Assembly: GCA_964016885.1 (NCBI GenBank)
Contig: OZ024740.1
Location: 282,410,001 to 282,474,000 of the forward strand
Source of the DNA: Eledone cirrhosa
Taxonomy: Eukaryota
Direction: 5' to 3'
Length of the DNA: 64,000 nucleotides
In this document: positions 1-13,093 of the stretch, piece after piece
Numbering within the stretch: position 1 is the first letter of the stretch
Layout: every line of letters begins with the position of its first letter
The notes under the pieces: generated by a model
The model's input: only the letters and a program-made list of their open reading frames with translations
Database searches by the model: none
What the model was told of the DNA's origin: nothing
Translations under genes and position numbers: made by a program

Positions 1-99
<99 letters not shown>

Positions 100-102
100 C
101 AT

Positions 103-185
<83 letters not shown>

Positions 186-272
186 CATACACACACATAC
201 ACACACACATACATACATATATATACACATATATATATAAAAAACACATATACATACACATACATATATATA

Positions 273-1358
273 CTAGCATTAAAGCTCGGCGTTGCTCGGT
301 GTCATTAAGTTCCCAAAGTTAGGTTGCACCACCCATTTTATGGCAGCACTGTTTTGTCTGCCAGGCACTGGGTGAATGAATTGCAGACCTGGAAGCAGGA
401 GCTGCGCCAGCAGTGACAATTGTAGTTTCGCATATGGATATTATCTCTGTGCAAAAAAGTGTTGAAATTTATTGTTTCACAGTACTTGCGCAACACGCGC
501 GTAGACGATGCCAGCCGAACAACAGAGCTGCGATGGAGTTGTTCTGCATGGGTTGTCTGTGTGTTTTCTAAATTTAAGACAGTAGGGAGGGTTGTGATAT
601 GAGGGAGAGTTAGCTGTTGTTTCTAGCAGGTTTAGTAACCTCATAGAGGATATGTTTTCTAAATTTAAGACAGTAGGGAGGGGTGTGGTATGGGGTAGAG
701 TTAGCTGCTGTTTCTAGCAGGTTTAGTGACCTCATAGAGGATATTATTTTTTATCATTATCTATAAAAGGCAGATTGTTGTTGTTGTTGTTGAAGTGAGT
801 GTGTGTTTGTATGCGTTTGGAAAAGAGGTTTTAAAAAAGATTTATCGCTTGTTGTTGAATAAATGTATCTGTTGCTTTTGAATAATTGTCGTTTCGTATG
901 AAATGTAATAATTGTTTCTACTTTTTTGGCACAAGGCCAGCAATTACCCAGTACATTACTGGTACTTTATGTAATAATAAACGTTCTCTATCTCTCTCCC
1001 TCTCACTCTCTTCTCTCTCTCTCTTCGGCAATCACGCACGTTGTCAGATGATATGAGAGAGTAAAACGGACAGTATCACCATCAAGCTTGGAAAGAGAAA
1101 GTAGCAGAAAGTATGAAGTTGTATAGATTTTGAATGGTAGTGGAAAGAGTTTAGCAGTTTAAATGACAGAGGAAAATCGTAAAATATTGAGTTTTAGCTA
1201 TTTTTTGCGTAATTGTGGGTGAAATTGAAAAAATTAGATGTGCCAAGACGCAATCGATGCTATTTCGAATACTGAATTGTAAATTTCAATTGAAGACATT
1301 CTATATCGTAGATTTCTATAAGAAAGGAGCATGACCACACACTGAGCTTTATAGATTA

Positions 1359-1361
<3 letters not shown>
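273..1361 (-). mobile_element. Non-autonomous Helitron
   Basis: Minus-strand 3' end: CCGAGCAACGCCGAG hairpin followed by CTAG|T (273-299). 5' end A|TC at 1361 or 1355, in an (AT)n context. Contains an internal ~94-bp tandem duplication at 562-745. Confidence 0.75.
913..968 (-). mobile_element. 5'-truncated SINE tail with target-site duplication
   Basis: Matches the SINE 3' end. Flanked by ATGTAATAAT at 903-912 and 969-978. Confidence 0.75.
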
Positions 1362-1437
<76 letters not shown>

Positions 1438-1474
1438 TATACATACATATATATACATAGACACACATACAAAT

Positions 1475-1529
<55 letters not shown>

Positions 1530-1719
1530 CACATACATATACATATATATATATACATACACACACACACACACATATATATACACATATATATACACAC
1601 ATACACACATATATATAAATAAATAAATAAATACACACACAGAAAGAGCCACACAAACACATACACGCATATATACACACATATATATACACACATACAC
1701 AAATATATACACATACAAA

Positions 1720-2634
1720 AAAAATATAAGTACTCAATAAATATACGCATATTCACAGGCACATAAAAACAGCTCTACAGGCAGAAAATGCAGATAGGTA
1801 AGAGGTACTCACATAACTATAGTGGCCGTATTTCCGGTTGAGGAGGGGTGGGGGTAGGGTGGGAAGGAGGTGTAGGGGCTAATAGGAAGAGTTTGTTTTT
1901 AGCCATCGGGCTTTAACACTGGCTTAAAGTGTTTGAAAGTTGCAAAGTTCTTGTGCATGCAGTTCGGGCAGTGTTCAGAGAGTTTGTTCAGTAGCGAGCC
2001 CTTGGCGAATAAAATTTCATAGCTCTCTGAGATACAAAGGTCGCAGCCCTTGTGTCCTCCGTTGTAAGAGCGCGCTTTCTGGAGTATTTTCCATTTAAGC
2101 GTGAAGGGGGTGGAGTTCCTTTTGAGGTCCCAAACATAGGAGGCGAGTGTTGTCTGGTTTGATTTGTCCGGTCGTCTGAAGGAGTGGGTATGGGCATACC
2201 AACGGGTCTTAAAGTTATTGGATGTCATGCCGATGTAAGTTTTTTTGTTATTGCAATCATCGGTGCCTGAGATGACATCGCATTTGTATACGATATCATT
2301 TGTGAGGCATTTGTTTTCAAGTAGGCATGCTTCCTTATTTAGGCAATTACACAAGGCCCCAGTCCGGGGATTGGGTTCGGAGGTGGCTGGCTTATTTAAT
2401 TATTTAGAATTGTGGTTGGCTATATTCCTAGCTAGGTTAGGTGTGGTGGAGCAGGAGAGTCTTATTGTGTTCTTATTAAAGATGGTGTGGTACCTATGTT
2501 GTATGGGGAAATGTGATTTCAGCAAAGTGAAGAAAATCCTAGCTATCGGTCTAGAGACCTCTCTATTGAAGGGAGGGTTGTACCAGCTAATCTGCCTATG
2601 CCTATTCCTCCTCTGCCATCTTGCGGTGGTTTCT

Positions 2635-2640
<6 letters not shown>
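1720..2640 (-). mobile_element. Penelope-like element 3' fragment (GIY-YIG endonuclease)
   Basis: ORF 1899..2354 reads CNC...C...CL, IVYKC...TYIGMT...FKTRW..H..SF, CDLC. The upstream frame reads YHTIFNKNTIRLSCSTTPNL, with one in-frame stop. Confidence 0.85.
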
Positions 2641-2673
<33 letters not shown>

Positions 2674-2755
2674 TAATAATAAATTTGAAGACTAAAATCC
2701 AAAGAGGGCTCGATAAGGATAAATATATATCAAATATATAAGAACCGTTATTTTA

Positions 2756-2803
<48 letters not shown>

Positions 2804-3209
2804 TGTTATCGCTATATTAAACTACCCTTTTAATATTGTACCATACTCACAATCATCTTATCACTTCTTTTTTACACCAACATCCTTATCGCGGAAGATA
2901 CACAGTTCTGTGTATTGATGGATGTATTATTATATAGATATGTATATATCAGTGTATAGATGTTAGTTTTTATCTATATGTGCGTACAGATGTGTTATTT
3001 CCTTGAAACTGTATGGGAATTTGCACATGCATCCGCATTCAACAGGATCCTTAGTGCTATGACTTGTAGAATGGCATATGTATCTATTCGGATGTATTTG
3101 CCTCTGTGTGTATTGCTATAAAGTAATCAATACATGCCTGTATATGTGTATGTGAAGGTGCGCGGCTTAGTGCTTAAGATCTTCGTCTCATAAATGTAAG
3201 TAAATGTTT

Positions 3210-3700
3210 AAGACGGTATGACAATCTTCCAGTTCTGCGGTAGTAAAACCCTCGTCTGTGATTCCACATGCAGGGACACATTCTCCAGCGGCAACCTGGT
3301 GCAATATGAGACTAACCCAGCCTCTGTTGCACTTCGGGCTGAGGAGGTTGTCGGTCGCTCTCAGATAACTTTGCAGTCGAGCCCCTAGCAGTGGAAACTT
3401 CTGGTGTTCTTGGCCCTAGGGCTATCTCCCTACTCACCACCATCGGCGCTGAGATGGAATGGCTCTTCCAGCGCATCTCCCTCGCCATCCTCCGGGGACA
3501 CGCCTTCTCTATTCTGTCTGTTGGGGCCGTTGGGCGGCCAGCGCGTGCGACCTCATTTCCTCATAATAGTGAGAGGTGGAGAGGGTGAGTGTGATGGAGG
3601 CGATGAGAGTGGGAGTTCGGCTCCTCTGTATTCAGACCTGGTGCACGTGTGTGTGTATATTTACTTCTACTCATTCGATTTGACAGTAACTATATATTGT
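3210..3700 (+). mobile_element. CRE/NeSL-type RLE retrotransposon 3' fragment
   Basis: Restriction-like endonuclease C-terminus DGMTI...LVCDSTC.DT...PLAVETSGVLG...WLFQRISLAILRGHA. A related 3' tail lies on the minus strand at about 15790-15910. Confidence 0.75.
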
Positions 3701-4728
3701 AAATGATAGTGTGCTTTGTTTTTCTTAGATACTGCTCAATATGTACTTGTATTTAACAATTACTTCCATTCCCGAAAGTGTTTTATGTCCTCCAGCTAGA
3801 CTCTATTTCACATTGCTCAGTTCCACTCAATAGGCAAAAATGAGTTGTATCTGCAATTCAAAAGGCCTGATTTATCACACACTGTATCCTGCTGAGTGTG
3901 TCAGAGAACTACACTAATAATTATTAGTAGAAATGCAAATATATAATCTGGCTACAAAAGACAAATGTTTCGAAGCAATAATCTGTAATAATTCTTTTTC
4001 TCACAGATTTTGGAAAAGATTTTGACATCCGCAGTGTGATTGGTCTCTGTGACAATACATAATATTATTTTCTGCCCCAAACAACTATATCAGCCTCTTA
4101 TCTATGCACTTGACAGACGTTTTGATATATATGTTGCACCAGTTGATATGTATGTATATATTCAATAACAGGGGCATCCTCTATATTTATCTTGAGATAG
4201 TCTTCACTACGGATGGTATTGTATATTGTTTTAGCAACCTCATGCTGCATTAGAGGTAGTGCACTGATGACATCTTTGCGCAGCTGTTGATCACATGTAT
4301 GATATCTTCCACAGAAATGTGATATAATATACATTTTCGGTTGCATCGTGGGACCTAAAATGCTTTTTGGTATGCAGACACTTTCTATTCTAAGTATCTC
4401 TTAAGATGATCTAGTGCAGTGTTACAGCAGTTGTGTTGAAGGTCATCAGGAAATGAGTTCTTTTCGATTTCTTTCCTACCAAATAGTAGGATCTTGTTCT
4501 CTTTAATGTTAAGTACGTAGTTGAAGTATTTATTTTAGCTGGTGTTGTTTAACGGATGTTGACTGATTGATACCATACGGCACTCAAATGATAACTTCAC
4601 TAACTTTAGCATCTGCATGTATAAATTTATGTATGTGTAAATGTATGCATGTGTGTCTGTACGTATCTTTGTTAGTATATAAGCGTGCATGTGTTTATAC
4701 GTGCGTGTGTGGACGTGTATGTATATAT

Positions 4729-4924
<196 letters not shown>

Positions 4925-5089
4925 GTGCCTTTTCATTGTGTATGTGTGGTTGCTTGTTTTATTTGTTATAAGTTTGAGTGTCTTTGTGCGAATATATATG
5001 TGTATATGTTTCTATTTATATTTTTCTATTTATATTTTAATTATTCTTAGTATGTTTATTTTTTATTTCATATTTGTAGTGTTTTGAGC

Positions 5090-5945
5090 GCGATGGCCTA
5101 AGATTTCCCCTGCCCTCTTCTCTGTCGGACTTACTTTTTACAGTCTAATCTAAATAATCTATTTTTAAAATGAGTCTACTGCTATAAATGTAGGCAATTG
5201 TTAAAGTGAGGAAGAAGGAGTCAAGTCCCTGAAATCGATGAACATAAGTTCTGTGAAATGGTGGACGAGAGAGAATAAAGACCATCTAACCTGGTCGAAA
5301 TGTGAGCAAGGAAAGAATTTCGCACAGGTCAAACGGTAGGAAGAAGTCCCTGAAATCGATGAACATAAGTTCTGTGAAATCGTAGGCGAGAGAGAATAAA
5401 TACCATACAACCTGGTCGAAGTGTACGTGAGGAAAGAATCTCGCACAGGTCAAACGGGAGGAAGTAGGAGAGGGAGTAGCAGAGAGTGAGTGAGTGAAAG
5501 TGTGATGAAGAGGCTAACAGAGAGAGTGACTGTTAGAGGGGGTAAAAGGAAGTGAGAGATACAGAGAAAAGGGAAGCAGTAAGAAGGAAAATATATAAAT
5601 ATTGAAAAAATGGCGTGCTGCGTGGTTGCAAATGGGTTACATATGGCTCAGATTTCGACCAGGCTAGATGGTCTTTATTCTCTCTCGTCCACCATTTCAC
5701 AGAACTTATGTTCATCGATTTCAGGGACTTGACTCCTTCTTCCTCACTTTTCGTTGCATTACTATCTTTGATTGTTTACTGTCTCGCTCGTTCCCCTTAT
5801 TTACGTGTCCCAACGACTTTCTTTAGCCGTTGCTCGCACCAACCGGAGGTATATGGTCTTTAAAGCGATGAAATACCAATGAAGGTTGGAAGATCACTGA
5901 TGAAGGACTAAATTTATTCATATGTAATCCATTTGCAACCTTTTT
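5090..5945. repeat. Dispersed repeat with internal inverted and direct duplications (second, rearranged copy at 19908-20310)
   Basis: 5213-5302 is the reverse complement of 5651-5750. 5344-5465 partly duplicates 5223-5345. The same blocks recur at 19908-20310. Confidence 0.8.
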
Positions 5946-5953
5946 CATATATA

Positions 5954-6025
<72 letters not shown>

Positions 6026-6485
6026 AGAATGAAGAGTAACATGGTTGGCTGTACAATAACGCAGAGTACTCACAACCTCTACCTGGATTACCTACAACGA
6101 TAACTTTATTCCATATAATATATAATATAATAAAAGCCATTAGCAGAAGAGGATGGACAGACACATTTACTTTCTTCTCTGAAGGATCATGTATGTGAAA
6201 ATTAACTTTTCTTCCCCTCTCTATATATATTTTTTGTTATTATCATTATTTTCACTACTTGTACAAATATGCAACTTAACAATATTCTGCATATCCGCAA
6301 TTGACAATGCATTTAATGCTGAAATCGGTATTGTAAATACATTAATGCTTTGAAATTTCCATAAAAAATCTCTTCAACATTTTCTACTGAAAAAATCCTT
6401 TTCCTTTCTACTATTTGTTTATATATATATTTTTTTTCACCACTCCCCCACACACTCTCGGAACTCTCTTCCTACCCACTTTCTG

Positions 6486-6513
6486 CTGACGAAGGGCTTA
6501 TGCCCGAAACGTC
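6486..6513 (+). ncRNA. Minimal hammerhead-like motif (stem I not evident)
   Basis: CTGACGA-A-GGGC-TTAT-GCCC-GAAAC-GTC. Confidence 0.5.
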
Positions 6514-6596
6514 GTTCCCCACCCCCCACTCTCACAAGCGTGAACCTGATAAACTCATATTTGTACTGTCTCTCTGTTTTTGTTCCTGTCTAAGAC

Positions 6597-6670
<74 letters not shown>

Positions 6671-6689
6671 GCTGTACCCGACATTGATG

Positions 6690-6950
6690 GCCTCGATTAT
6701 TCGCGGAATAATAAATATCTTCTGCGAATATTTTATTGCTTTTTTCGTGGCAATATATATGTATTTTAGCACTAAATTATCAATAATGATATACCGTATT
6801 TGCAGGCCTATTTCCCTTAAAAAATATATTCTACTTTATATTTTGACGTTTATAGGTATTATTATGGACCATGTCCAATATTCGCGGTTTTCCCCCCTTC
6901 GCAGGTGCTCTAGGAACGTAATCCCCGCGAATACCGGGAGACAACTCTAT
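6690..6950. mobile_element. pogo/Tigger-like DNA transposon end fragment
   Basis: The right end, read on the minus strand, is TA-GAGTTGTCTCCCGGTATTCGCGGGGATTACGTTCC, which resembles a Tigger-type TIR. TATTCGCGG recurs internally. Confidence 0.5.
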
Positions 6951-7149
6951 ACGTATATTTATGTGTGTGTGAGTGTGTGTATGTGCGTGGGCGTGTGTAG
7001 AATCGTGCCATTTCTTTGACTAGTTGGAAAAGGGTCTGCATAATTCTAGGATTTTCCAAATGCAAATATGAAACATATTCATCTAATCAATAAGTAACCA
7101 AAAGTGTTCGCCTTCCCTTCTCCCCCTCTCTTTCTCAGCCCCTCTCCCT

Positions 7150-7480
7150 TCTAGGCGTGGCAATAAAGTCTTTAGAATAACCCCTTACATAAAAATGCAC
7201 AACATACTGAAACTAAAATTTATTTAATCCGCTAAACAAATTCTCATTTGAATGCAATAACATCTTTACAGTGTTTAAGCAAAACATTAACTCTTTCTGG
7301 AACCGTTCCTTCGGCAATTGTCGAAATCACCTCTTCTAATGAAACGGAAACAAATTTTCAAAGATATTGCTTTAATAACGTGAACACCCAACAATCGCAC
7401 AAATTTAAGTCGGAACTATAGGGTGATTGTTTGATCATTGCCCTTCTCTGGAAAAAATCGTTTGTGGATTGAGCAGTTCT
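7150..7480 (-). mobile_element. mariner/Tc1 transposase remnant
   Basis: Minus-strand IKQSPYSSDLNLCD at about 7395-7440 resembles the mariner (H/Q)PPYSPDL..D motif. The rest is decayed. Confidence 0.5.
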
Positions 7481-7920
7481 ATGTGTATTATAAGCTCACA
7501 AGAATGACAATAAAATAATTATGAATCTGACAAAATACAACATTCATACAGAATATCACACGCGTAAAACCAAGTTCAAATTCCAACTAATATTAACTAC
7601 ATTTACTGCTGTATATGGCACACAGCAAAATGTTCTAAAGTCATATGTCAATACTTGTGCATAAATATATATGTATCTTCAATTAATTTGTTAATTACTC
7701 CCCTACGCATTTTCTGGCAGTCCGTTACTTGCCATTGCTCACCTTGCACTACCCTTCTGTTGGCCGTTAATTACGTGATAATTCTTCCACTCGAAAATAT
7801 CGCTGGTAGTCGATAGCTCGTGGGAATTTTTCATCATTGAGAAGTTCCCTGATGAACTGAGACTTTTCACTGTACTCAAAAGACTGAAATTACTCAGCGA
7901 AACTGCAGTATGTTTCCCAA

Positions 7921-7954
<34 letters not shown>

Positions 7955-7986
7955 AGATAAAAAGATGGTTAAAGGAGTTCCATGTA

Positions 7987-8053
7987 TTTTATTATGCGCA
8001 TTTCAAAAACAAACATCATCATGCAATAATATTTGTGTTTTCATCAGATAAAA
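7987..8053 (-). ncRNA. Type I hammerhead ribozyme motif
   Basis: TTTTAT-CTGATGA-[AAAC...TTTT stem II]-GAAA-TGCGCA-TA-ATAAAA. Perfect 6-bp stem I, palindromic stem III, AUA cleavage triplet. Confidence 0.8.
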
Positions 8054-8149
8054 CAGGAGAACATGATATGAAGGCTAAAAAACACTTGTGGATAGTGCAG
8101 TTTTAAATCAACATATGAAAAGTAGTTTTAGATTGATGTGTGATATTGG

Positions 8150-9090
8150 GAAAAATATTTTATTTAGAGAGGGGGGGTGGAAAGGATGAAAAAAGAGGAG
8201 GAGATGAGAGTGAAGGTGGAGAGGGAGAGATGGGTGATAGAGAGAAAGAGAGAAAGAGATAGTTTTTATAACTGAGAGAAGATATATTGTTTTACATAGA
8301 GAGGTTGAAAACCGTTGGAAGATAATGTATAAATTAAAAGAATTTGAAAATTAACGAAGGGAAAAATATGTACGAGGAAAAAATATTTTATTTAGAGAGG
8401 GGGTGGGGGTGGAAAGGAAGAAAAAAGGGAAGGAGATGAGAGTGAAGGTGGAGAGGGAGAGATGGGTGATAGAGAGAAAGAGATAGTTTTTATAACTGAG
8501 AAAAGATATATTGTTTTACATAGAGAGGTTGAGAACCGTTGGAAGATAATGTATAAATTAAAAGAATTTGAAAATTAACGAAGGGAAAGAGAGGGAGTTG
8601 ATATGTATTGATATTTAAAAGTTTGAAGATAGAGAGAAAAAATAATAATTGCGGGTGAATATTCTAACGTCAAAAGGGGTATATTTATAAGTATTATGGC
8701 AATTTCAAAATTGACGAAGAGAAAAAAATTATTAAGGTTTGTGTGTAGAAGTTAAAGTTTGTATATTGAAGGAATTGATAATATGTGCGAAGAAAGAGTA
8801 AATATGTATTAAAATTATTAAGGTTTGTGTGTATTAGATGATTTGAGAAAAATAATGTGAAGTTAAGGTTTTTATATTGAAGGAATTGATAATTTGTGCG
8901 AAGAAATAGTTAATATGTATTAAGAATGTGTTAGTTGATGGGAAGAAACAAATATATTATTAAGGATGACTATTCTAGCGTCAAAAAAAGGAGGAGAGGG
9001 AGTTAATGTATTGAGATTGAAAAGTTTGATGATGGAGAGAAAAAATAATAATAATTGCGGATGAATATTCTAACGTCAAAAAAACAAATG
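8150..9090. repeat. GA-rich direct repeats inside the HHR-bearing cassette
   Basis: About 220 bp duplicated (8150-8366 / 8378-8588), plus shorter duplications at 8595-8675 / 8990-9082 and 8735-8810 / 8860-8922. Confidence 0.75.
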
Positions 9091-9267
9091 TATATGTTAT
9101 GAAGGATTTTACAAGGTGAAGATAGAATGAGGGTAATGAGTAAACAAGTATTATAGAGTGTATAATGCCCTTATATATTATGTATACTCCAGTCCTACAA
9201 ACTGTAGAGTGCTTCTTATCCGATATCTGCATTGCTTTATTGTACTACAATAAAACTCACCTCCTAC

Positions 9268-9344
<77 letters not shown>

Positions 9345-9421
9345 TATCCCGGGTTCAATCGGGGGCAACCACAGTAAGTAAAGTACTCAATATAGCAGAG
9401 TATAAATATTTAATATAGAAA

Positions 9422-9472
9422 GACTTCTACAGGACTAGAACTGTTTCATTCGGCAGAAATCATCAGGAAGCC
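9422..9472 (-). ncRNA. Type I hammerhead ribozyme motif
   Basis: GGCTTC-CTGATGA-TTTC-TGCC-GAAT-GAAA-CAG-TTCTAGTC-CTG-TA-GAAGTC. GUA site. The 10.1/11.1 position is a U-U mismatch. Confidence 0.75.
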
Positions 9473-9951
9473 GACTGTCCAGTGAAAACAATTGAATTCA
9501 GATTTGCAACCTGTGTAGAAACTTTGTTTCTATATTATAATTGTTTCAATATTGATCAGTTCGAGTGTGATCAAGGCGATTGAAGCCCGACTCTTCTTCG
9601 ACAGCTCCTCAGATATGTGAGTCTAGATGCGTGATCCACCTTTTATATACATTTATTAGTGGGTTCTAGGTAGGGTGGGTGGGGAACGGGAGTAGGTAAA
9701 AGAAGAACAGTAAATTTCTATTTAAAGATAACTAATGAACAGGGATGGGTACAGGAAACGGGTAATGTGCAAGTAAAATTGCTACAGAAGCTGCAAATCT
9801 GATTTCAGTTATTTTCATCATATTTACACTCTGCAACAAACAGCCGCCTTAAACCTGGAGCACAACCTAAACGGGAGACGGACCCCGTAACAGCATCGAA
9901 TGATTCGAGCAGCGCGCCACAAGTGATCGCAAGTTACTCTATTTAATAGCT

Positions 9952-10061
<110 letters not shown>

Positions 10062-10062
10062 C

Positions 10063-10780
10063 ATTGGTAAACGGAATAGAAAATGCTGACAAATTGTTCA
10101 CAGTTGAAAAATGGTTTAATTAGGAATAAAAGAGTATTAGTAATTGTATGGGTAGTATTCAGTTGTGGTTTTAAGTTTTTAAGTTTTTACCGGTTGCGCA
10201 TTTCTAAATGCTTTTCAAAAATAATTTTGAGATAGAGTGTCCGTGTTGTTTGCTCTGATCTGATTAGTTTTGGGAATTCTACCTGTTTTTATGTTACATG
10301 AACTCTACCGACCAATCAAAATTCTTTTGACCACAAGAATTTTTGCAAACACCAGTAGCGCTGGAGCCACTTTTTTAACATAAAAACAGTCTTGGCGCAC
10401 AATCAATTTTTTACATTCACATGACCTCTACCGACCAATCAAAATTGTTTTGACCACAAGAATTTTTGCAACACCAAAGTAGCGCTGGAGCCACTTTTTA
10501 ACATAAAAACAGGTAGAATTCCCAAAACTAATCAGATCAGAGCAAACAACACGGACACTCTATCTCAAAATTATTTTTGAAAAGCATTTAGAAATGCGCA
10601 ACCGGTAAAAACTTAAAAACTTAAAACCACAACTGAATACTAACCCATACAATTACTAATACTCTTTTATTCCTAATTAAACCATTTTTCAAATGTGAAC
10701 AATTTGTCAGCATTTTCTATTCCGTTTACCAATATATAATAACTTGTGTGTTACACCTCCATTCTTTTAACTATATAAGA

Positions 10781-10785
<5 letters not shown>
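10063..10785 (+). mobile_element. PLE pseudo-LTR-like cassette with ~235-bp inverted arms
   Basis: 10063-10296 is the reverse complement of 10499-10733, followed by a unique 3' tail. Flanked by (AT)n. Degenerate HHR TTGAAAA-GCATTT-AG-AAATGC-GCAA-CCGG-TA at 10577-10607. Confidence 0.7.
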
Positions 10786-10812
<27 letters not shown>

Positions 10813-10852
10813 CGATATTAATAAATGGAAACTATATTCATAAAGCCATATT

Positions 10853-10917
10853 TATTTCATTATACATATTTCAGGGATACCAAATTAAATTATGGTCTGC
10901 CTTCATCAGACAAAATA
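10853..10917 (-). ncRNA. Type I hammerhead ribozyme motif (inverted copy of 12089-12153)
   Basis: TATTTTGT-CTGATGA-AGGCAGACC...GGTATCCCT-GAAA-TATGTA-TA-ATGAAATA. Confidence 0.75.
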
Positions 10918-12088
10918 CAATATATAACAGTTTTACAAATAAGCTTTGACGTACTCTTTTTAAAATGCAACCATTATTTTTGGAAGCCATCCGGATAGTG
11001 AGTTGTTTATATTATTTTAATAAGTCATAGTGTTATGGAGAGAAAGAAAAAGACGGAGAGAGAGAAAGAAAAAACGTGGAGAAATATCGGAGAGAGAGAA
11101 ATGCATGGAGAAAAAAGAAAGAGATAAATAAAGACAGGAGGAAAGAAAGAAAAAAAAGGAAGAAATAAGAAAAACAGAGGAAAGCAACAGAGAGATATTA
11201 AGTCATCAGACAGATATAAAAACTCAAGAGAGAGAAATATTATATAGAGAGAGGGGGAGATAATGAAAACTTTACGTCATGTCATATTAAGTTGAGCTAA
11301 CAATTCATATGAAATGAATAATAAAAATATAAATATTATATTCATGAATGGGACATAAATATATAATATGAGAAATTAAACATTGTTTAATAATGACTAT
11401 ATGTTTAGTTTAAAACTTGAGATCAATATACCAAAATTTGGGTTTAATCATCCAAAATGTACACATTGCTAGAGAAATCAGTATCTTAGGCAAAGACACA
11501 CAAATATATATATATATATATATATATACGCACGTCGTGAAAATAGAAATTATATTTACTCAAGTCAACAATATAGACATACAAAACGCAGACGATTTCT
11601 CTTAATCACTGCTATACATTCCTTGTGTTATAAAAAGTTCACAGTATATATACATAAATATATACGATTAACATTCATGTCTTCATATATACGATTACCA
11701 TTCATGCATTTAACATTCTGTTAAAATTATGCATATCTGCAATCAAAACTGCGTGGTTAGGCAACATATCTCTTACCCACACATATACATATACATATAT
11801 ATATATACACATACATATGTATAAATAAATATTTGCGTGCGTCTTCCCGCATCGCTCATGTATACATACAGACATATATACAATCATAAAAAACCTATAA
11901 CACTTTTATATGCATGTTATAACATGCATATAAAAGTGTTATAGGTTTTTATAAAAGTGTTATAGGTTCCTTAACACTATGACTTATTAAAATAATATAA
12001 ACAACTCACTATCCGGATGGCTTCCAAAAATAATTGTTGCATTTTAAAAGGGTACGTCAAAGCTTATTTGTAAAACTGTTATATATTG

Positions 12089-12153
12089 TATTTTGTCTGA
12101 TGAAGGCATACCATAATTTAATTTGGTATCCCTGAAATATGTATAATGAAATA
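12089..12153 (+). ncRNA. Type I hammerhead ribozyme motif
   Basis: TATTTTGT-CTGATGA-AGGCATACC...GGTATCCCT-GAAA-TATGTA-TA-ATGAAATA. 8-bp stem I including two G-U pairs. AUA site. Confidence 0.78.
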
Positions 12154-12220
12154 AATATGGTTTTATAAATATAGTTTCCATTTATTAATATCGTATATCT
12201 ACTCCAAATACTTGTCGAGT

Positions 12221-12345
<125 letters not shown>

Positions 12346-12414
12346 TATGAAGAGAGAAGAAACATTTAGATATAATTAGTAATAAAATGTATCATACCTA
12401 AACTGTTCCTAAAT

Positions 12415-12502
12415 TCCTCGACTACGTAGTTTCGTGGCATAAACAAAAACAATATATCAAAGATATAGAGTCCCTGCGAGGTCTGCCGACTTATCAAGAG
12501 GA
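12415..12502 (-). ncRNA. Type I hammerhead ribozyme, U3-A8 core variant (copy 1)
   Basis: TCCTC-TTGATAA-GTCGGCA...TGCCAC-GAAA-CTACGTAG-TC-GAGGA. Perfect 5-bp stem I, palindromic stem III, GUC site. Confidence 0.8.
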
Positions 12503-13005
12503 TACCTCATTTTACTAGTCTCAAGAACGCGTCTACACGACGTGAGAAAGAATCCCAAAAGGCGGAGGGGGAGATAGTCACGCGATATAACGGTCGAGAA
12601 ACAGAGCTAAGCCTCTTATAACCACGAAGAAAATACCACGGGGGCGGAGGGGGTATTCATATCGAGGCCGTAGAAGAGGTAGTGAAGAAGGCGAGAAGTA
12701 TGAGTAATGGAAGCTTTCCAGTTGTCCCCACACTTCAAAGATTGCTCGACCAGAGGGAGTTATTAATATATTTAGAAACACACAGATACATGCGGACACA
12801 CACATATATACATGAATGCATCCGCACCCAACTGTGAGTTAAGGGTGCCAACTTCACCGATGTTGCTCAATGAATGACTGGGACAGACCAATTCAGTTTG
12901 AACTAGACTGAACCAGTATCAGAGTTAAATATACATTATGAAGAGAGAAGAAACATTTAGATATAATTAGTAATAAAATGTATCATACCTAAACTGTTCC
13001 TAAAT

Positions 13006-13093
13006 TCCTCGACTACGTAGTTTCGTGGCATAAACAAAAACAATATATCAAAGATATAGAGTCCCTGCGAGGTCTGCCGACTTATCAAGAGGA
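13006..13093 (-). ncRNA. Type I hammerhead ribozyme, U3-A8 core variant (copy 2)
   Basis: Same sequence as copy 1, offset by +591. Confidence 0.8.

Noticed and set aside
59-1762. Many ORFs rich in YI/VC/TH/RE repeats, here and throughout the window
   Set aside because: They are translations of (AT)n, (GT)n and (AG)n microsatellites, not genes.
5897-5903. CTGATGA core (also at 19957-19963 minus and about 4443-4449 minus)
   Set aside because: No correctly placed GAAA/stem III/NUH/stem I could be assembled downstream.
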